Assembly: GCA_041671485.1 (NCBI GenBank)
Contig: JBAZBL010000006.1
Coordinates: 6,539-70,538 of the forward strand
DNA length: 64,000 bases
Source of the DNA: Minisyncoccota bacterium
Lineage (GTDB): Bacteria; Patescibacteriota; Minisyncoccia; Phycocordibacterales; PALSA-1337
Reading direction: 5' to 3'
Shown here: in pieces, positions 19,559 to 29,305 of the stretch
Layout of the letters: the number at the start of each line of letters is the position of its first letter
Position numbering within the stretch: the stretch's first letter is position 1
The notes under the pieces: generated by a model
The model's database searches: none
Told to the model about the DNA's origin: nothing
Seen by the model: only the letters and a program-made list of their open reading frames with translations
Made by a program: the position numbers and the translations under genes

Positions 19559-19978
19559 ATGCCAACAATAAATCAACTCATAAAGAATTCTCGCAAGCGT
19601 TTCAAGCGCAAGTCAAAGTCTATTGCTCTCACTCGAACATTCAATTCGATAAAAAATCGTCCAGTCTTTTTCCCATCTCCTTTCAAGAGAGGAGTATGTA
19701 TCAAAGTAACTACTAGAACACCAAAGAAACCAAACTCTGCTATAAGAAAGATTGCTCGTGTTAGACTGACAAATGGCATGGAAGTAACCGCATATATTCC
19801 GGGAATGGGGCATACACTGCAGGAACACTCTGTAGTTCTATTGCGTGGTGGTCGTGTCAAGGACGTAGGACTAAGATATTCCATAGTGCGTGGTGTTCTC
19901 GATGCTACGGGCGTAGAAGCTAGGAGAAAAGGTCGAAGTCAGTATGGTAATAAGAAGCCAAAGGCTGCAAAAGTATAA
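19559..19978 (+). CDS. rpsL: 30S ribosomal protein S12
   Basis: KRGVC...[11 protein letters not shown]...[32 protein letters not shown]. Carries about 12 extra residues near the N-terminus. Confidence 0.95.
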   Translation: MPTINQLIKNSRKRFKRKSKSIALTRTFNSIKNRPVFFPSPFKRGVCIKVTTRTPKKPNSAIRKIARVRLTNGMEVTAYIPGMGHTLQEHSVVLLRGGRVKDVGLRYSIVRGVLDATGVEARRKGRSQYGNKKPKAAKV

Positions 19979-19982
19979 ATAT

Positions 19983-20453
19983 ATGCGCAGGAAAATAAAT
20001 ATAAAAAGAGAATTGAGACCAGATGTTGTATTCGATTCTGTAAAAGTCTCAAAATTCATCAACTATGTTATGCAGGAAGGCAAGAAGAATATTGCTCGAA
20101 CTATTGTTTATGATTGTCTCGACTATATAAAAGAACAAACAAAAACAGAAAATCCAATAGAGATTCTCGATGCAGCTCTCCGAAATACTACACCTATGAT
20201 GGAAGTACGATCGAGACGTGTCGGTGGAGCAAATTATCAAGTTCCTAGAGAAGTTCGTCCAGAGAGGAAACAAGCATTATCTATAAAGTGGATTATCAAT
20301 GCTGCACGATCCAAAAAGGGCAAGCCAATACATATAAAACTTGCCGATGAAATCATTGCTGCATCAAAGAATGAAGGTGAAGCAGTCAAGAAGCGCGAGA
20401 ATGTCCACAAAATGGCAGAATCAAATAAAGCTTTTGCTCACTTTGCTTGGTAA
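19983..20453 (+). CDS. rpsG: 30S ribosomal protein S7
   Basis: Conserved S7 core EVRSRRVGGANYQVP. Start placed after the rpsL stop. Confidence 0.9.
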   Translation: MRRKINIKRELRPDVVFDSVKVSKFINYVMQEGKKNIARTIVYDCLDYIKEQTKTENPIEILDAALRNTTPMMEVRSRRVGGANYQVPREVRPERKQALSIKWIINAARSKKGKPIHIKLADEIIAASKNEGEAVKKRENVHKMAESNKAFAHFAW

Positions 20454-20459
20454 TTTAAT

Positions 20460-22604
20460 ATGAATCGCGATTATCCATTAGATAAAGTAAGAAATTTCGG
20501 CATTATTGCCCATATTGACGCTGGTAAGACGACTACTAGCGAAAGAGTTTTATTCTATACGGGTATGACACATAAGATAGGTGAAGTACATGAAGGTGAG
20601 ACTGTGACTGACTGGATGGAACAAGAGAGAGAAAGAGGTATCACTATAACCGCAGCTGCTATCACTTGCTTTTGGAATCCTACATATATGCCCTCGACCG
20701 ATATTTCCAAGAAAGTCCGTTTCAATATCATAGATACTCCTGGACATATTGACTTTACTGCTGAAGTCAAAAGGTCACTTCGCGTTCTTGACGGAGCAGT
20801 TGTAGTATTTGATGGTGTTGCTGGTGTAGAACCACAATCAGAGACAAATTGGCGTTATGCAGATGAAGGCGAAGTACCGCGACTTTGTTTCATCAATAAG
20901 ATGGACAGAATGGGTGCATCTTTCGAATTTTCATACAATTCTATATTGGAGCGTCTAAACAAAAATGCAATAAGATTTCAGATACCTATAGGCCTAGAGG
21001 GAGATCACAATGGTGTAGTAGATCTACTCCGTATGAAGGCATATTATTTCGAAGGCGAAATGGGAGAAAAAGTCGTAGAAAAAGAGATACCGCCTGAACT
21101 CCTAGAAGATGCAAAGAAATATCGTGCAGAAACTATAGAAAAGATAGTAGATCATGATGATGGTTTGATGCATAAATATCTCGAAGGTCAAGAAATAAGT
21201 CTCGAAGAATTGAAACCAGTCATACGTAAAGCGGTTATAGCAAATAAAATTTTCCCTGTCTTTACTGGTTCTGCATTGAAAAACAAAGGAGTTCAATTGG
21301 TTCTTGATGCAGTTGTTGACTATCTTCCTTCTCCACTCGATATGCCTCCAGTAAAAGGTATCAATCCAGAAACAGGAGAAGAAGTCATACGCCATGCAAG
21401 TGATGAAGAACCTTTTTCTGCACTAGCATTCAAACTTCAAAATGATCCTTTTGTAGGACAGCTCACATTCTTTAGAGTCTATTCAGGTACAATAGAAGCT
21501 GGAACATATATATACAATTCATCAACAAATAAAAGAGAGAGACTCGGTCGCATCGTACGACTTCAGGCCAATGAAAGAGAAGAAGTCAAAAAAGTTTTCT
21601 CTGGAGAGATAGCTGCGGCAGTAGGACTCAAAGATACACTTACATCCAATACTTTTTGCGATGAAAACAATCCAATAGTACTTGAAGTGATCAAATTTGT
21701 AGAGCCTGTTGTATCACTCCGTATAGAGCCAAAAACAAAAGCAGATCAAGAAAAAATGGGTCTTGCTTTGCGCAAACTTTCCAATGAAGATCCAACTTTC
21801 AAGATTTCAACAAATTCTGAAACAGGCGAAACTATCATTTCTGGTATGGGAGAACTACATCTAGAGATCATGGTTGATCGTATGAAAAGAGAATTTACTG
21901 TAGAAGCAAATGTAGGTGAACCTCAAGTTGCATATAGAGAGACGATTCTCGGTACTGCAGAAGCAGAAGGCAAATATATCAAACAAACTGGTGGTAAAGG
22001 TCAATATGGTCATGTCAAACTCAATATCAAACCTATGGAGCCAGTACAAGAAGGCAAGAAAAAGTCAAAAAATATTCATAGACATGATGATTATGAATTC
22101 GTTGATTCGATCAAGGGTGGTGTTATCCCACAAGAATTTATCCCTGCCGTTGAAAAGGGTGTAAAAGAAGCGATGGATAGGGGTATTGTTGCTGGTTTCA
22201 AGATGGTAAATATTTCCTGTGAATTGACATATGGCTCATATCACGACGTTGACTCATCTGAAATCGCATACAAAATAGCAGCTTCAATGGCATTCCAAGA
22301 CGCTGTCAAACGTGCCAAGCCAGTTCTACTAGAGCCAATAATGAAGCTCGAAGTTGTAGCACCAGAAAAGTATATGGGTGATATCAACGGCTCTATTGCT
22401 TCAAAGAGGGGTACTATCGAAGGCAGTCAGCCAAAAGGCCAAGTACTCTCTATCATTGCAAAGGTTCCTCTTGCAGAAATGTTTGGCTATACTACACAAC
22501 TACGTTCTATGACTTCTGGTCAAGGCAGTGCAATGATGGAATTTGACCATTATGAGGTTGTACCAGCGAATGTGGCGTTGGAGATTATAGAGAAGAGGAA
22601 GTAG
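20460..22604 (+). CDS. fusA: Elongation factor G
   Basis: 714 aa. G1 AHIDAGKTT, DTPGHIDF, NKMD, and domains II-V. Confidence 0.95.
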   Translation: MNRDYPLDKVRNFGIIAHIDAGKTTTSERVLFYTGMTHKIGEVHEGETVTDWMEQERERGITITAAAITCFWNPTYMPSTDISKKVRFNIIDTPGHIDFTAEVKRSLRVLDGAVVVFDGVAGVEPQSETNWRYADEGEVPRLCFINKMDRMGASFEFSYNSILERLNKNAIRFQIPIGLEGDHNGVVDLLRMKAYYFEGEMGEKVVEKEIPPELLEDAKKYRAETIEKIVDHDDGLMHKYLEGQEISLEELKPVIRKAVIANKIFPVFTGSALKNKGVQLVLDAVVDYLPSPLDMPPVKGINPETGEEVIRHASDEEPFSALAFKLQNDPFVGQLTFFRVYSGTIEAGTYIYNSSTNKRERLGRIVRLQANEREEVKKVFSGEIAAAVGLKDTLTSNTFCDENNPIVLEVIKFVEPVVSLRIEPKTKADQEKMGLALRKLSNEDPTFKISTNSETGETIISGMGELHLEIMVDRMKREFTVEANVGEPQVAYRETILGTAEAEGKYIKQTGGKGQYGHVKLNIKPMEPVQEGKKKSKNIHRHDDYEFVDSIKGGVIPQEFIPAVEKGVKEAMDRGIVAGFKMVNISCELTYGSYHDVDSSEIAYKIAASMAFQDAVKRAKPVLLEPIMKLEVVAPEKYMGDINGSIASKRGTIEGSQPKGQVLSIIAKVPLAEMFGYTTQLRSMTSGQGSAMMEFDHYEVVPANVALEIIEKRK

Positions 22605-22694
22605 ATAAATCACGCTTGACACCGTTTATATAATGTATATTATGTAACTATAGGTGCAAAAAACACAGTATTTCTGCCCCTAAAGGTTCAAAAA

Positions 22695-23828
22695 ATGCAA
22701 ATCCATCGAAAAATGGCTGAAAATATAGAGAATTGGCTGTTTAAAGGCAAGGTCATTATTCTTTATGGACCTAGACAGGTTGGTAAAACTACTTTAGTCA
22801 AAGAATTAGTTTTGAAACATGGTGATGATCGAAGTTATATAAATTGTGAAATATTGGAAAATCAACAAGCTTTGGCAGTACAAAATCCTGCAAAACTCAA
22901 AACATTTTTGGGACCAGGCAGGTTTTTTGTCTTTGATGAAGCACAAAAAGTTGATAATATAGGACTTGCACTCAAATTACTCATTGACACTTATCCAGAT
23001 CTGCAGGTTATTGCAACAGGTTCTTCGAGTTTCGATCTATCAGCAAAGGTCAATGAACCACTTACTGGTAGGTCAATAGAATTCAAATTATATCCGATCT
23101 CCTATGAAGAGATATCCGATGGTAAACAAGAATGGGAAATCAGTGCAGTCATGGAATCAATGTTGGTGTATGGTTCGTATCCCGAAATTATCAAGAATCA
23201 ATTCAAGGATGCCGAAACAGCTCTAAATAATATTTCTTCCAATTATCTATTTAAGGATATTTTTGAATATGAAGGTATCAAAAAACCAAAATTACTCACA
23301 AATCTTTTGCAATTATTGGCTCTACAGGTTGGCAATGAAGTCTCTCTAAATGAGTTGTCAATCAAGCTAGAGACTAGTCGCAAGACAGTCGCCAAATACA
23401 TTGATCTGCTCGAGAAAACATTTGTAATCTTTACATTATATCCTTTGTCACGAAACCCAAGAAATGAGATTGGTCGGAAAAATAAGATCTACTTTTATGA
23501 TCTGGGGATAAGAAATAATCTTATAGGCAGGGTTATACCTTTATCAAAAAGGGAAGATATTGGTGCTTTGTGGGAGAATTTTTGCGTGGTAGAAAGGAAA
23601 AAATACTTAGAATGTCGTATGCGTTATGGCAATCAGTTCTTCTGGAGAAATACGCGTGGCAAAGAAGTTGACTATATAGAAGAGGGTGGTGGAATATTCT
23701 CTGCTTATGAATTCAAATGGTCAGAACAAAAAACAAAATTTCCAAAAGATTTTATCGAGACCTATAAACCAAAAACAGAGCTTATACACAAGGGAAATAT
23801 AAAAGAATTTTTATTAGACCGTGCTTAG
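22695..23828 (+). CDS. AAA+ ATPase of the DUF4143 family
   Basis: Walker A GPRQVGKTT, Walker B FVFDEAQ. The DUF4143-like C-terminal region is common in small genomes. Confidence 0.7.
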   Translation: MQIHRKMAENIENWLFKGKVIILYGPRQVGKTTLVKELVLKHGDDRSYINCEILENQQALAVQNPAKLKTFLGPGRFFVFDEAQKVDNIGLALKLLIDTYPDLQVIATGSSSFDLSAKVNEPLTGRSIEFKLYPISYEEISDGKQEWEISAVMESMLVYGSYPEIIKNQFKDAETALNNISSNYLFKDIFEYEGIKKPKLLTNLLQLLALQVGNEVSLNELSIKLETSRKTVAKYIDLLEKTFVIFTLYPLSRNPRNEIGRKNKIYFYDLGIRNNLIGRVIPLSKREDIGALWENFCVVERKKYLECRMRYGNQFFWRNTRGKEVDYIEEGGGIFSAYEFKWSEQKTKFPKDFIETYKPKTELIHKGNIKEFLLDRA

Positions 23829-23981
23829 TTGTGTCCGATAGTAGACCTCGAACATAATATGTGGATAAGAGAGTTTTGCAAGTTGTCGGGGGGGTATACT
23901 ATATATGGGTAAGCGGAGCATATCGTAACTCTGCACTTTGCTGTTATTTGTACTCTATTAGTATTAGTTAATCTTATTTAA

Positions 23982-26900
23982 ATGAAAAAAATAATATCTT
24001 TCGTCCTGCCACTCACAATCTTTGTATTTGCTATAGTTATTGTGGTTATGCCGAACAATGTTTCTGCGCAGACTGCCGTTGAGTGTCCTGTTGGGTATAC
24101 ATGTACACCGATTACAGTTACTCCTGTTGCACCATCGCCTATTCCAGTTCCGATTCCTCCTACGACAGTTTATCCATCATGTTATGTATTCTCAACTAAT
24201 CTTCAGATCGGAAGTAAAGGTGCTGATGTTGTAGCTTTACAGACATGGCTGATTGAGCATGGTTTTGATATTCCAGCTATCACGCAAGAGTTTGCATCTA
24301 AGGGATATTTTGGTCCCGCGACTGCTTCAGTGGTCAAAAAATATCAGGCCAGTGTAGGTATAGAGTCAACAGGATACTTTGGTCCGGAGACTAGAGCGAG
24401 AGTGAATGGGGAGTGTGGTGGTGGGATTGTTCCGACTTCAAATATATTTACTTTTATTAGTCAAAACATAGCATCCAATGCGGGTGTAGTAGATGTTGCA
24501 TCGAGTTCATTGACAGGAAAAGTTGTGTTCAAGATGAAAGCCATAGGTGGAGATATGACAAAGCCAGTTGCTAGTGATTTTGATGTTGTTTTTAGTAGTC
24601 CTTCTGTGGTAATACCGATACAACCAATTATTACAGTTACTCCAAATGATACTGCAATAGCAGAGAGTGGCGAATATACGGTTATTATTGCTGGTACATT
24701 GTATTCAAACAATCCATCTGTACCAGCAGGCTCAAATATTTATCAGATGCTGATTAAAAGTGCAAAGTATCATATCATTGGAAAAACAGTATCTAGTCAG
24801 TTAACTCCATATCTCAAAACTACTCAAGCATCACTGTTCAAAAGTGGTTCAAGTTCTACACAATCTTCTGTAATTATTTCTCAAAATTCTATTAACTTTT
24901 CTGCTAATCAGGGTGATACTCAGTATCAGCAAAAGTCATTGACAATTACTAACACAAGTAGTACGAATATTAGTTTCAATATAAGTGTACCCAATCAGCC
25001 AAGCTGGCTTAATGTATCATATAACACAAATACGATGATCGCCTACCCAAACAGTCCTGTTGGGATTGGAGCATCACTTGATCCAAAGAGTCTATCAGTT
25101 GGAACATATAGCACAAACATAATTCTAACTGGTAATTTCCAAGGCTCTCCTATAAACATTCCGGTTAAAGTAACCATCTTGCCACAATCAGCTACTTCTA
25201 CGACAAACCCTGAAGTTTCGGCTTCACCTGCGAGCGTTTCCTCTGGTGGCACTAGTTTTATCAGATTTACTATGCCTGCAAATACGGTGTCAGCCACCCT
25301 AACTCTCTCTTGTCCTTTTGGTGTTTCTGTTAAGGGTTATGACAGTATGAGAAATATAGTTGGTTCGGAGGAACTCTGTAGCAAAAATCAGAATATAAGC
25401 ATTTATGCAAGTGGTGAGGAAATAATGTTGACAAATACTTCTTTGGTGAGTACTAACATTGTTGTCGCTAATTTCTCTGTTTATACACTAGACAATCCAA
25501 ACTATGCTCGAACTGTTTCTGTGAAGATTACTGTAGCTCCTACTCAAGCCACTCAACCCTCCATCACCGTCTTGAGTCCAAATGGAGGAGAGGTGTGGAG
25601 TATTGGGAATAAATACACAATTAAATGGTCAAGCACAAATTTGAAGCAAAATAATGTTCGTATTGGTATTGTAGATTCACGTTCAGGAGTCAATGCTGGC
25701 GGAGACATAGTAGTTACTCCAAATACAGGAAGTTACATGTGGACAGTACCACAAAGTATTGGAAATATTGATTTCACCTCAAATACTTTACCTATTTATA
25801 AAATAGCAGTTTCTTCAGAGAATGTTGTCAATGGTGATTTTGCCGCAGATCTCAGTAATAAACCGTTCACCATCACTTCTCAAACCACTAAACCATATAT
25901 CACTTCTGTCGCAGGCAAAGCCGCTGGAAATGGTGAAATTGATGCTGGTGGAACAGTTGGCATCCAAGGAACAAATCTTCTTGGATATAAAGACAGCACG
26001 AATGTGTATATAGGCGGGCAAGTGTGCACGATTACACAGTTGAGCAACACGTTAATCTATTGTACTGCTCCTTCTACATTGCAGGTTGGTAGTGTCTATG
26101 ATCTCTACATAAATACCACAGGAATGGGTGGTGACAAAGTTACTAGCAATATAGTAAAAGTGAAAGTTCTAAGTAATGTCTCCAAGCCCTCTATCACCGT
26201 CTTGAGTCCGAATGGGGGAGAAAGTTTTGTGGCAGGAGGCAATCTTACTGGATCATTTGCGTCAAATAATCTTTCTGTAGGTAATACTTACGAAGTTGCT
26301 TTAGTTGGTCAGGGATATGATAGAGATATAGGTTATGGTCTCATCACTTCTACATCTGTTGATAAGCAATCTCTATCTGTAAATATTCCAAATGATGTTC
26401 CTGCAAAAGAAAATTATTACCGTGTTCGTTTGGTAGTTGGATGCAATAATTCAGGAGAATTATGTGTACAGGATCAAAGTGATCGTAATTTTACCATCAC
26501 TTCTTCAAATACTAAACCCTCCATTACCATCCAAAGTCCAAGAGGTGAAGAAACATATAAGATTGGCGATAAAGTAAAGGTTAAATGGGAAACAAGAAAC
26601 ATCTCTTCAAATGCCTACTTAGACATAATTCGTTTGAGGAATCTCAATCTTCAACAAGAATACTCACTTGCTTCACCTGTAATAAATGATGGCAATGAAA
26701 CTGTGACGATACCATCTGTGCCAGCGGGAACATATACTCTTGAAATCAAATCATCTGTTAAAGGTTACGTGGATGCTATTACGGGATCAAGCGGAAAATT
26801 CACAATAACTTCTCCAAATTCTCAACCCTCCATCACCGTCTTGAGTCCAAATGGGGGAGAGATATATAGAGTGGGAAACAGGGTAAATGTAAATTGGTCT

Positions 26901-28451
26901 ATTGGTGGTTCAATCCCTACCTCTTGGCCAACAGATAATGTAGGTCGCCCTCAGGTTATAATTGATTTATATACAAGTGGAGGTAATTTTGTTCAGCATC
27001 TTTCGGCTTTGCATGGTGGAGGCCCGACATTTCCATTTGATATACCAAATGTGTTACCGGGTAATTATGTAATTAGAGTGTGGGCTGTAAATAACCTTCC
27101 ATATTTTGGACAAAGCGGAACATTTACCATCACTTCAGCGACTCAAAATATACTAACAGTTTCAGTCGCACCTTCATCTGTACAGGCGGCATCTGCAGGA
27201 ACAAGTAATGTTGATCTCTTAGATGTGGATCTTAATGTGAACACTGGCGTAGCAAATATTGCTGGCATAAGTGTTACTGATATTTCTCCGAATAACAAAA
27301 CAAATCTTACAAATCTATGGCTTTCAGGTAGCAATTTGGCGGGGGCAAGAATTACTGGTGTAACTAGAAGTATCCCTCTCGTTAATAGTACGTACCCGAA
27401 TGCAATGCAATATGATTTTGATTTTCCAACTACTATCAATATCATCGCTGGTCAGCCACTACACCTTCATGTAATGGGTGATGTAACTTCTCGAGCAAGT
27501 GGCTATATACAACTTCAATCTTCTGGCGTGGGATATAACGATTCGACTTTAAAGGTAAATAGTGTAGGTCAGTATGGAAATAGAATTCAAGTATGTCAGT
27601 TAGGACAATTTTGGAACGGTTCGTCATGCGTTATCTCAACTCCTGCCAACCGCCCACCTGTCATAAGTGGTGGCACATTCCCAACAACACTAAATGTTGG
27701 TGAGACTGGAACATGGAGGGTGAATGCAAGTGATCCGGAGAATGGACCTATAAGTTACGAAATAGATTGGGGTGATACTGGGGCAGGGTCAGCTACGCCT
27801 CCTCTATTAGAGTCTCCCCTTGTAGATACTCATCTCTATTCTTCTGCGGGCACATATACAGTGAAGTTTACAGTTACAGATAATGGTGGACTATCAGCAC
27901 AGACGACTGCTACAGTACAAATAAACAGTCAAACAACCTCTACTGTAACCCGCGAAGCGGTCCGTCAGCTCTATCTTACATTACTTCGTCGCGAACCAGA
28001 TCAGCAGGGTTGGGACTATTGGATGAAGTATTCTAGCAATATTGATGTGATCAAACAGGCTATTATGAATACCACTGAATATCGAAATCTACAATTGCCA
28101 ACAGTCACTCTATCTGCCACTTCTGTTGCCAGTTCAGATGCAGTAGCCAAGTCATACACCGTGAAATGGTCTTCAACAAATATGAATTCTTGTACTCTAA
28201 CGACGAATGCTACGAAAGGAGATGAAGATTCAGATAATTGGTCAGGATATATTGGTCCAGTGAATACCTCTGGCAGTATTACTGCTCCTGTTTCTGGTTC
28301 TCTTACAGTAACAGTTACTTGTACTGGCTCTGCCGGTAGTACTTCAAAGAGCGTTACTCTGACTGGGAATCAAGCATATGCACCAAGTAACAGTTTGAAT
28401 GCCGCGATCTGGGATGCTATTAGAGAATATTTCAGGAATGGTGGGAGGTGA
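23982..28451 (+). CDS. Giant secreted/cell-surface protein (1489 aa)
   Basis: Signal/TM N-terminus. PG_binding_1-like module GSKGADVVALQTWLIEHGF...YFGPATASVVKKYQ. Repeated PSITVLSPNGGE... modules, three with near-identical nucleotide sequence at about 25555, 26185 and 26823. PKD domain EIDWGDTG...GTYTVKFTVTDNGG. DUF4214-like REAVRQLYLTLLRREPDQQGWDYW. Confidence 0.8.
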   Translation: MKKIISFVLPLTIFVFAIVIVVMPNNVSAQTAVECPVGYTCTPITVTPVAPSPIPVPIPPTTVYPSCYVFSTNLQIGSKGADVVALQTWLIEHGFDIPAITQEFASKGYFGPATASVVKKYQASVGIESTGYFGPETRARVNGECGGGIVPTSNIFTFISQNIASNAGVVDVASSSLTGKVVFKMKAIGGDMTKPVASDFDVVFSSPSVVIPIQPIITVTPNDTAIAESGEYTVIIAGTLYSNNPSVPAGSNIYQMLIKSAKYHIIGKTVSSQLTPYLKTTQASLFKSGSSSTQSSVIISQNSINFSANQGDTQYQQKSLTITNTSSTNISFNISVPNQPSWLNVSYNTNTMIAYPNSPVGIGASLDPKSLSVGTYSTNIILTGNFQGSPINIPVKVTILPQSATSTTNPEVSASPASVSSGGTSFIRFTMPANTVSATLTLSCPFGVSVKGYDSMRNIVGSEELCSKNQNISIYASGEEIMLTNTSLVSTNIVVANFSVYTLDNPNYARTVSVKITVAPTQATQPSITVLSPNGGEVWSIGNKYTIKWSSTNLKQNNVRIGIVDSRSGVNAGGDIVVTPNTGSYMWTVPQSIGNIDFTSNTLPIYKIAVSSENVVNGDFAADLSNKPFTITSQTTKPYITSVAGKAAGNGEIDAGGTVGIQGTNLLGYKDSTNVYIGGQVCTITQLSNTLIYCTAPSTLQVGSVYDLYINTTGMGGDKVTSNIVKVKVLSNVSKPSITVLSPNGGESFVAGGNLTGSFASNNLSVGNTYEVALVGQGYDRDIGYGLITSTSVDKQSLSVNIPNDVPAKENYYRVRLVVGCNNSGELCVQDQSDRNFTITSSNTKPSITIQSPRGEETYKIGDKVKVKWETRNISSNAYLDIIRLRNLNLQQEYSLASPVINDGNETVTIPSVPAGTYTLEIKSSVKGYVDAITGSSGKFTITSPNSQPSITVLSPNGGEIYRVGNRVNVNWSIGGSIPTSWPTDNVGRPQVIIDLYTSGGNFVQHLSALHGGGPTFPFDIPNVLPGNYVIRVWAVNNLPYFGQSGTFTITSATQNILTVSVAPSSVQAASAGTSNVDLLDVDLNVNTGVANIAGISVTDISPNNKTNLTNLWLSGSNLAGARITGVTRSIPLVNSTYPNAMQYDFDFPTTINIIAGQPLHLHVMGDVTSRASGYIQLQSSGVGYNDSTLKVNSVGQYGNRIQVCQLGQFWNGSSCVISTPANRPPVISGGTFPTTLNVGETGTWRVNASDPENGPISYEIDWGDTGAGSATPPLLESPLVDTHLYSSAGTYTVKFTVTDNGGLSAQTTATVQINSQTTSTVTREAVRQLYLTLLRREPDQQGWDYWMKYSSNIDVIKQAIMNTTEYRNLQLPTVTLSATSVASSDAVAKSYTVKWSSTNMNSCTLTTNATKGDEDSDNWSGYIGPVNTSGSITAPVSGSLTVTVTCTGSAGSTSKSVTLTGNQAYAPSNSLNAAIWDAIREYFRNGGR

Positions 28452-28487
28452 TTATTGACAAACAGTTTTGACCTCCGTAGCTTGTGC

Positions 28488-28514
28488 AAAACCGCATTCT
28501 TTAAGGCGGTTTTG
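28488..28514 (+). terminator. Rho-independent terminator after the giant surface protein gene
   Basis: aaaaccgc attctttaag gcggtttt followed by a T-run. Confidence 0.5.
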
Positions 28515-28608
28515 CTTATAATCAATTTAAGGTCACATTTTGTGACCTTAAAACAGATATAATTAATAAAATTGGGTTTTGGTAGATTTTATCAAAAATT
28601 TAGGAGTA

Positions 28609-28650
28609 TTTTATCATTTCTTCAGCCAAATTTTATTTGGATTTTATCTC
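28609..28650 (+). promoter_or_regulatory. Third copy of the 42-nt AT-rich ATTTTATC-triplet motif, without flanking REPs; lies 23 nt upstream of ORF 28673
   Basis: ttttatcatttcttcagccaaattttatttggattttatctc. Followed by the palindrome ttggtca gtaa tgaccaa. Confidence 0.5.
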
Positions 28651-28672
28651 TCTCTGATACAGTTGGTCAGTA

Positions 28673-29068
28673 ATGACCAATAAATGGCGTAATATAGTTG
28701 GGAATGCAAGAGAAAAATACAAGAAAATGCAACCTGTTGCATGTCCAGCCTTTGGTGGTGAACTAGTGTATTTCAATAAACATGGATTCAATCATCTCAT
28801 AAGAAAAGGTCGAAGATTTCGCAAAATAGATGTCCAAATTGATCGCATTCAATTAATTGGAACAGCTATCGATACCCTGCAAAGATCTTCTACGGTTTAT
28901 CGTTATCGTAAGGTAAATACTGTAAAATCAGTAATGCAGTTCTGGGCATTCGAAGACGATCTCATAATAGATAATAAAAAAGTATCCATAATAGTCGTTG
29001 TCAGAAAAATGAACAATGGTAAAATTCATTTTTTTAGTATATTCAAGAGAAAACACAAAACCCCCTAA
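28673..29068 (+). CDS. Hypothetical basic protein (131 aa)
   Basis: ORF with the conserved AT-rich motif upstream and a terminator overlapping its stop. No recognisable domain. Confidence 0.45.
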   Translation: MTNKWRNIVGNAREKYKKMQPVACPAFGGELVYFNKHGFNHLIRKGRRFRKIDVQIDRIQLIGTAIDTLQRSSTVYRYRKVNTVKSVMQFWAFEDDLIIDNKKVSIIVVVRKMNNGKIHFFSIFKRKHKTP

Positions 29069-29076
29069 GGGGTTTT
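29057..29076 (+). terminator. Perfect hairpin terminator aaaaccccc taa ggggtttt overlapping the stop of ORF 28673
   Basis: 8-bp GC-rich stem flanked by A-run and T-run on either side. Confidence 0.6.
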
Positions 29077-29305
29077 GTAGATCTGCCACCAGCATTTTAC
29101 CGATAACATCAACTTGAGATTAATCTCAATGACATGCAGATCAACAACTTGCCACCAGCTTTAGCCGATAATATCGCCATGGAATCAATCCACCAACCGC
29201 AAGCTATATACTGGTATGCTATCAGAAAATCATAAAAAGTCAAGCCCATGAAATTACTAGATGGATCTATTTTACCACCACTTCATTCATGGTATTATCT
29301 AATAT

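Noticed and set aside
19573-19884. Minus-strand ORFs overlapping rpsL, fusA, pilB, the giant surface protein and others in the ORF track
   Set aside because: They are antisense to strongly conserved genes, have no motifs and biased composition, and so are spurious.
29070-29305. T-box riboswitch upstream of tyrS
   Set aside because: No T-box consensus (AATTAGGGTGGNACCGCG) or specifier-loop architecture is present; only short palindromes and direct repeats.
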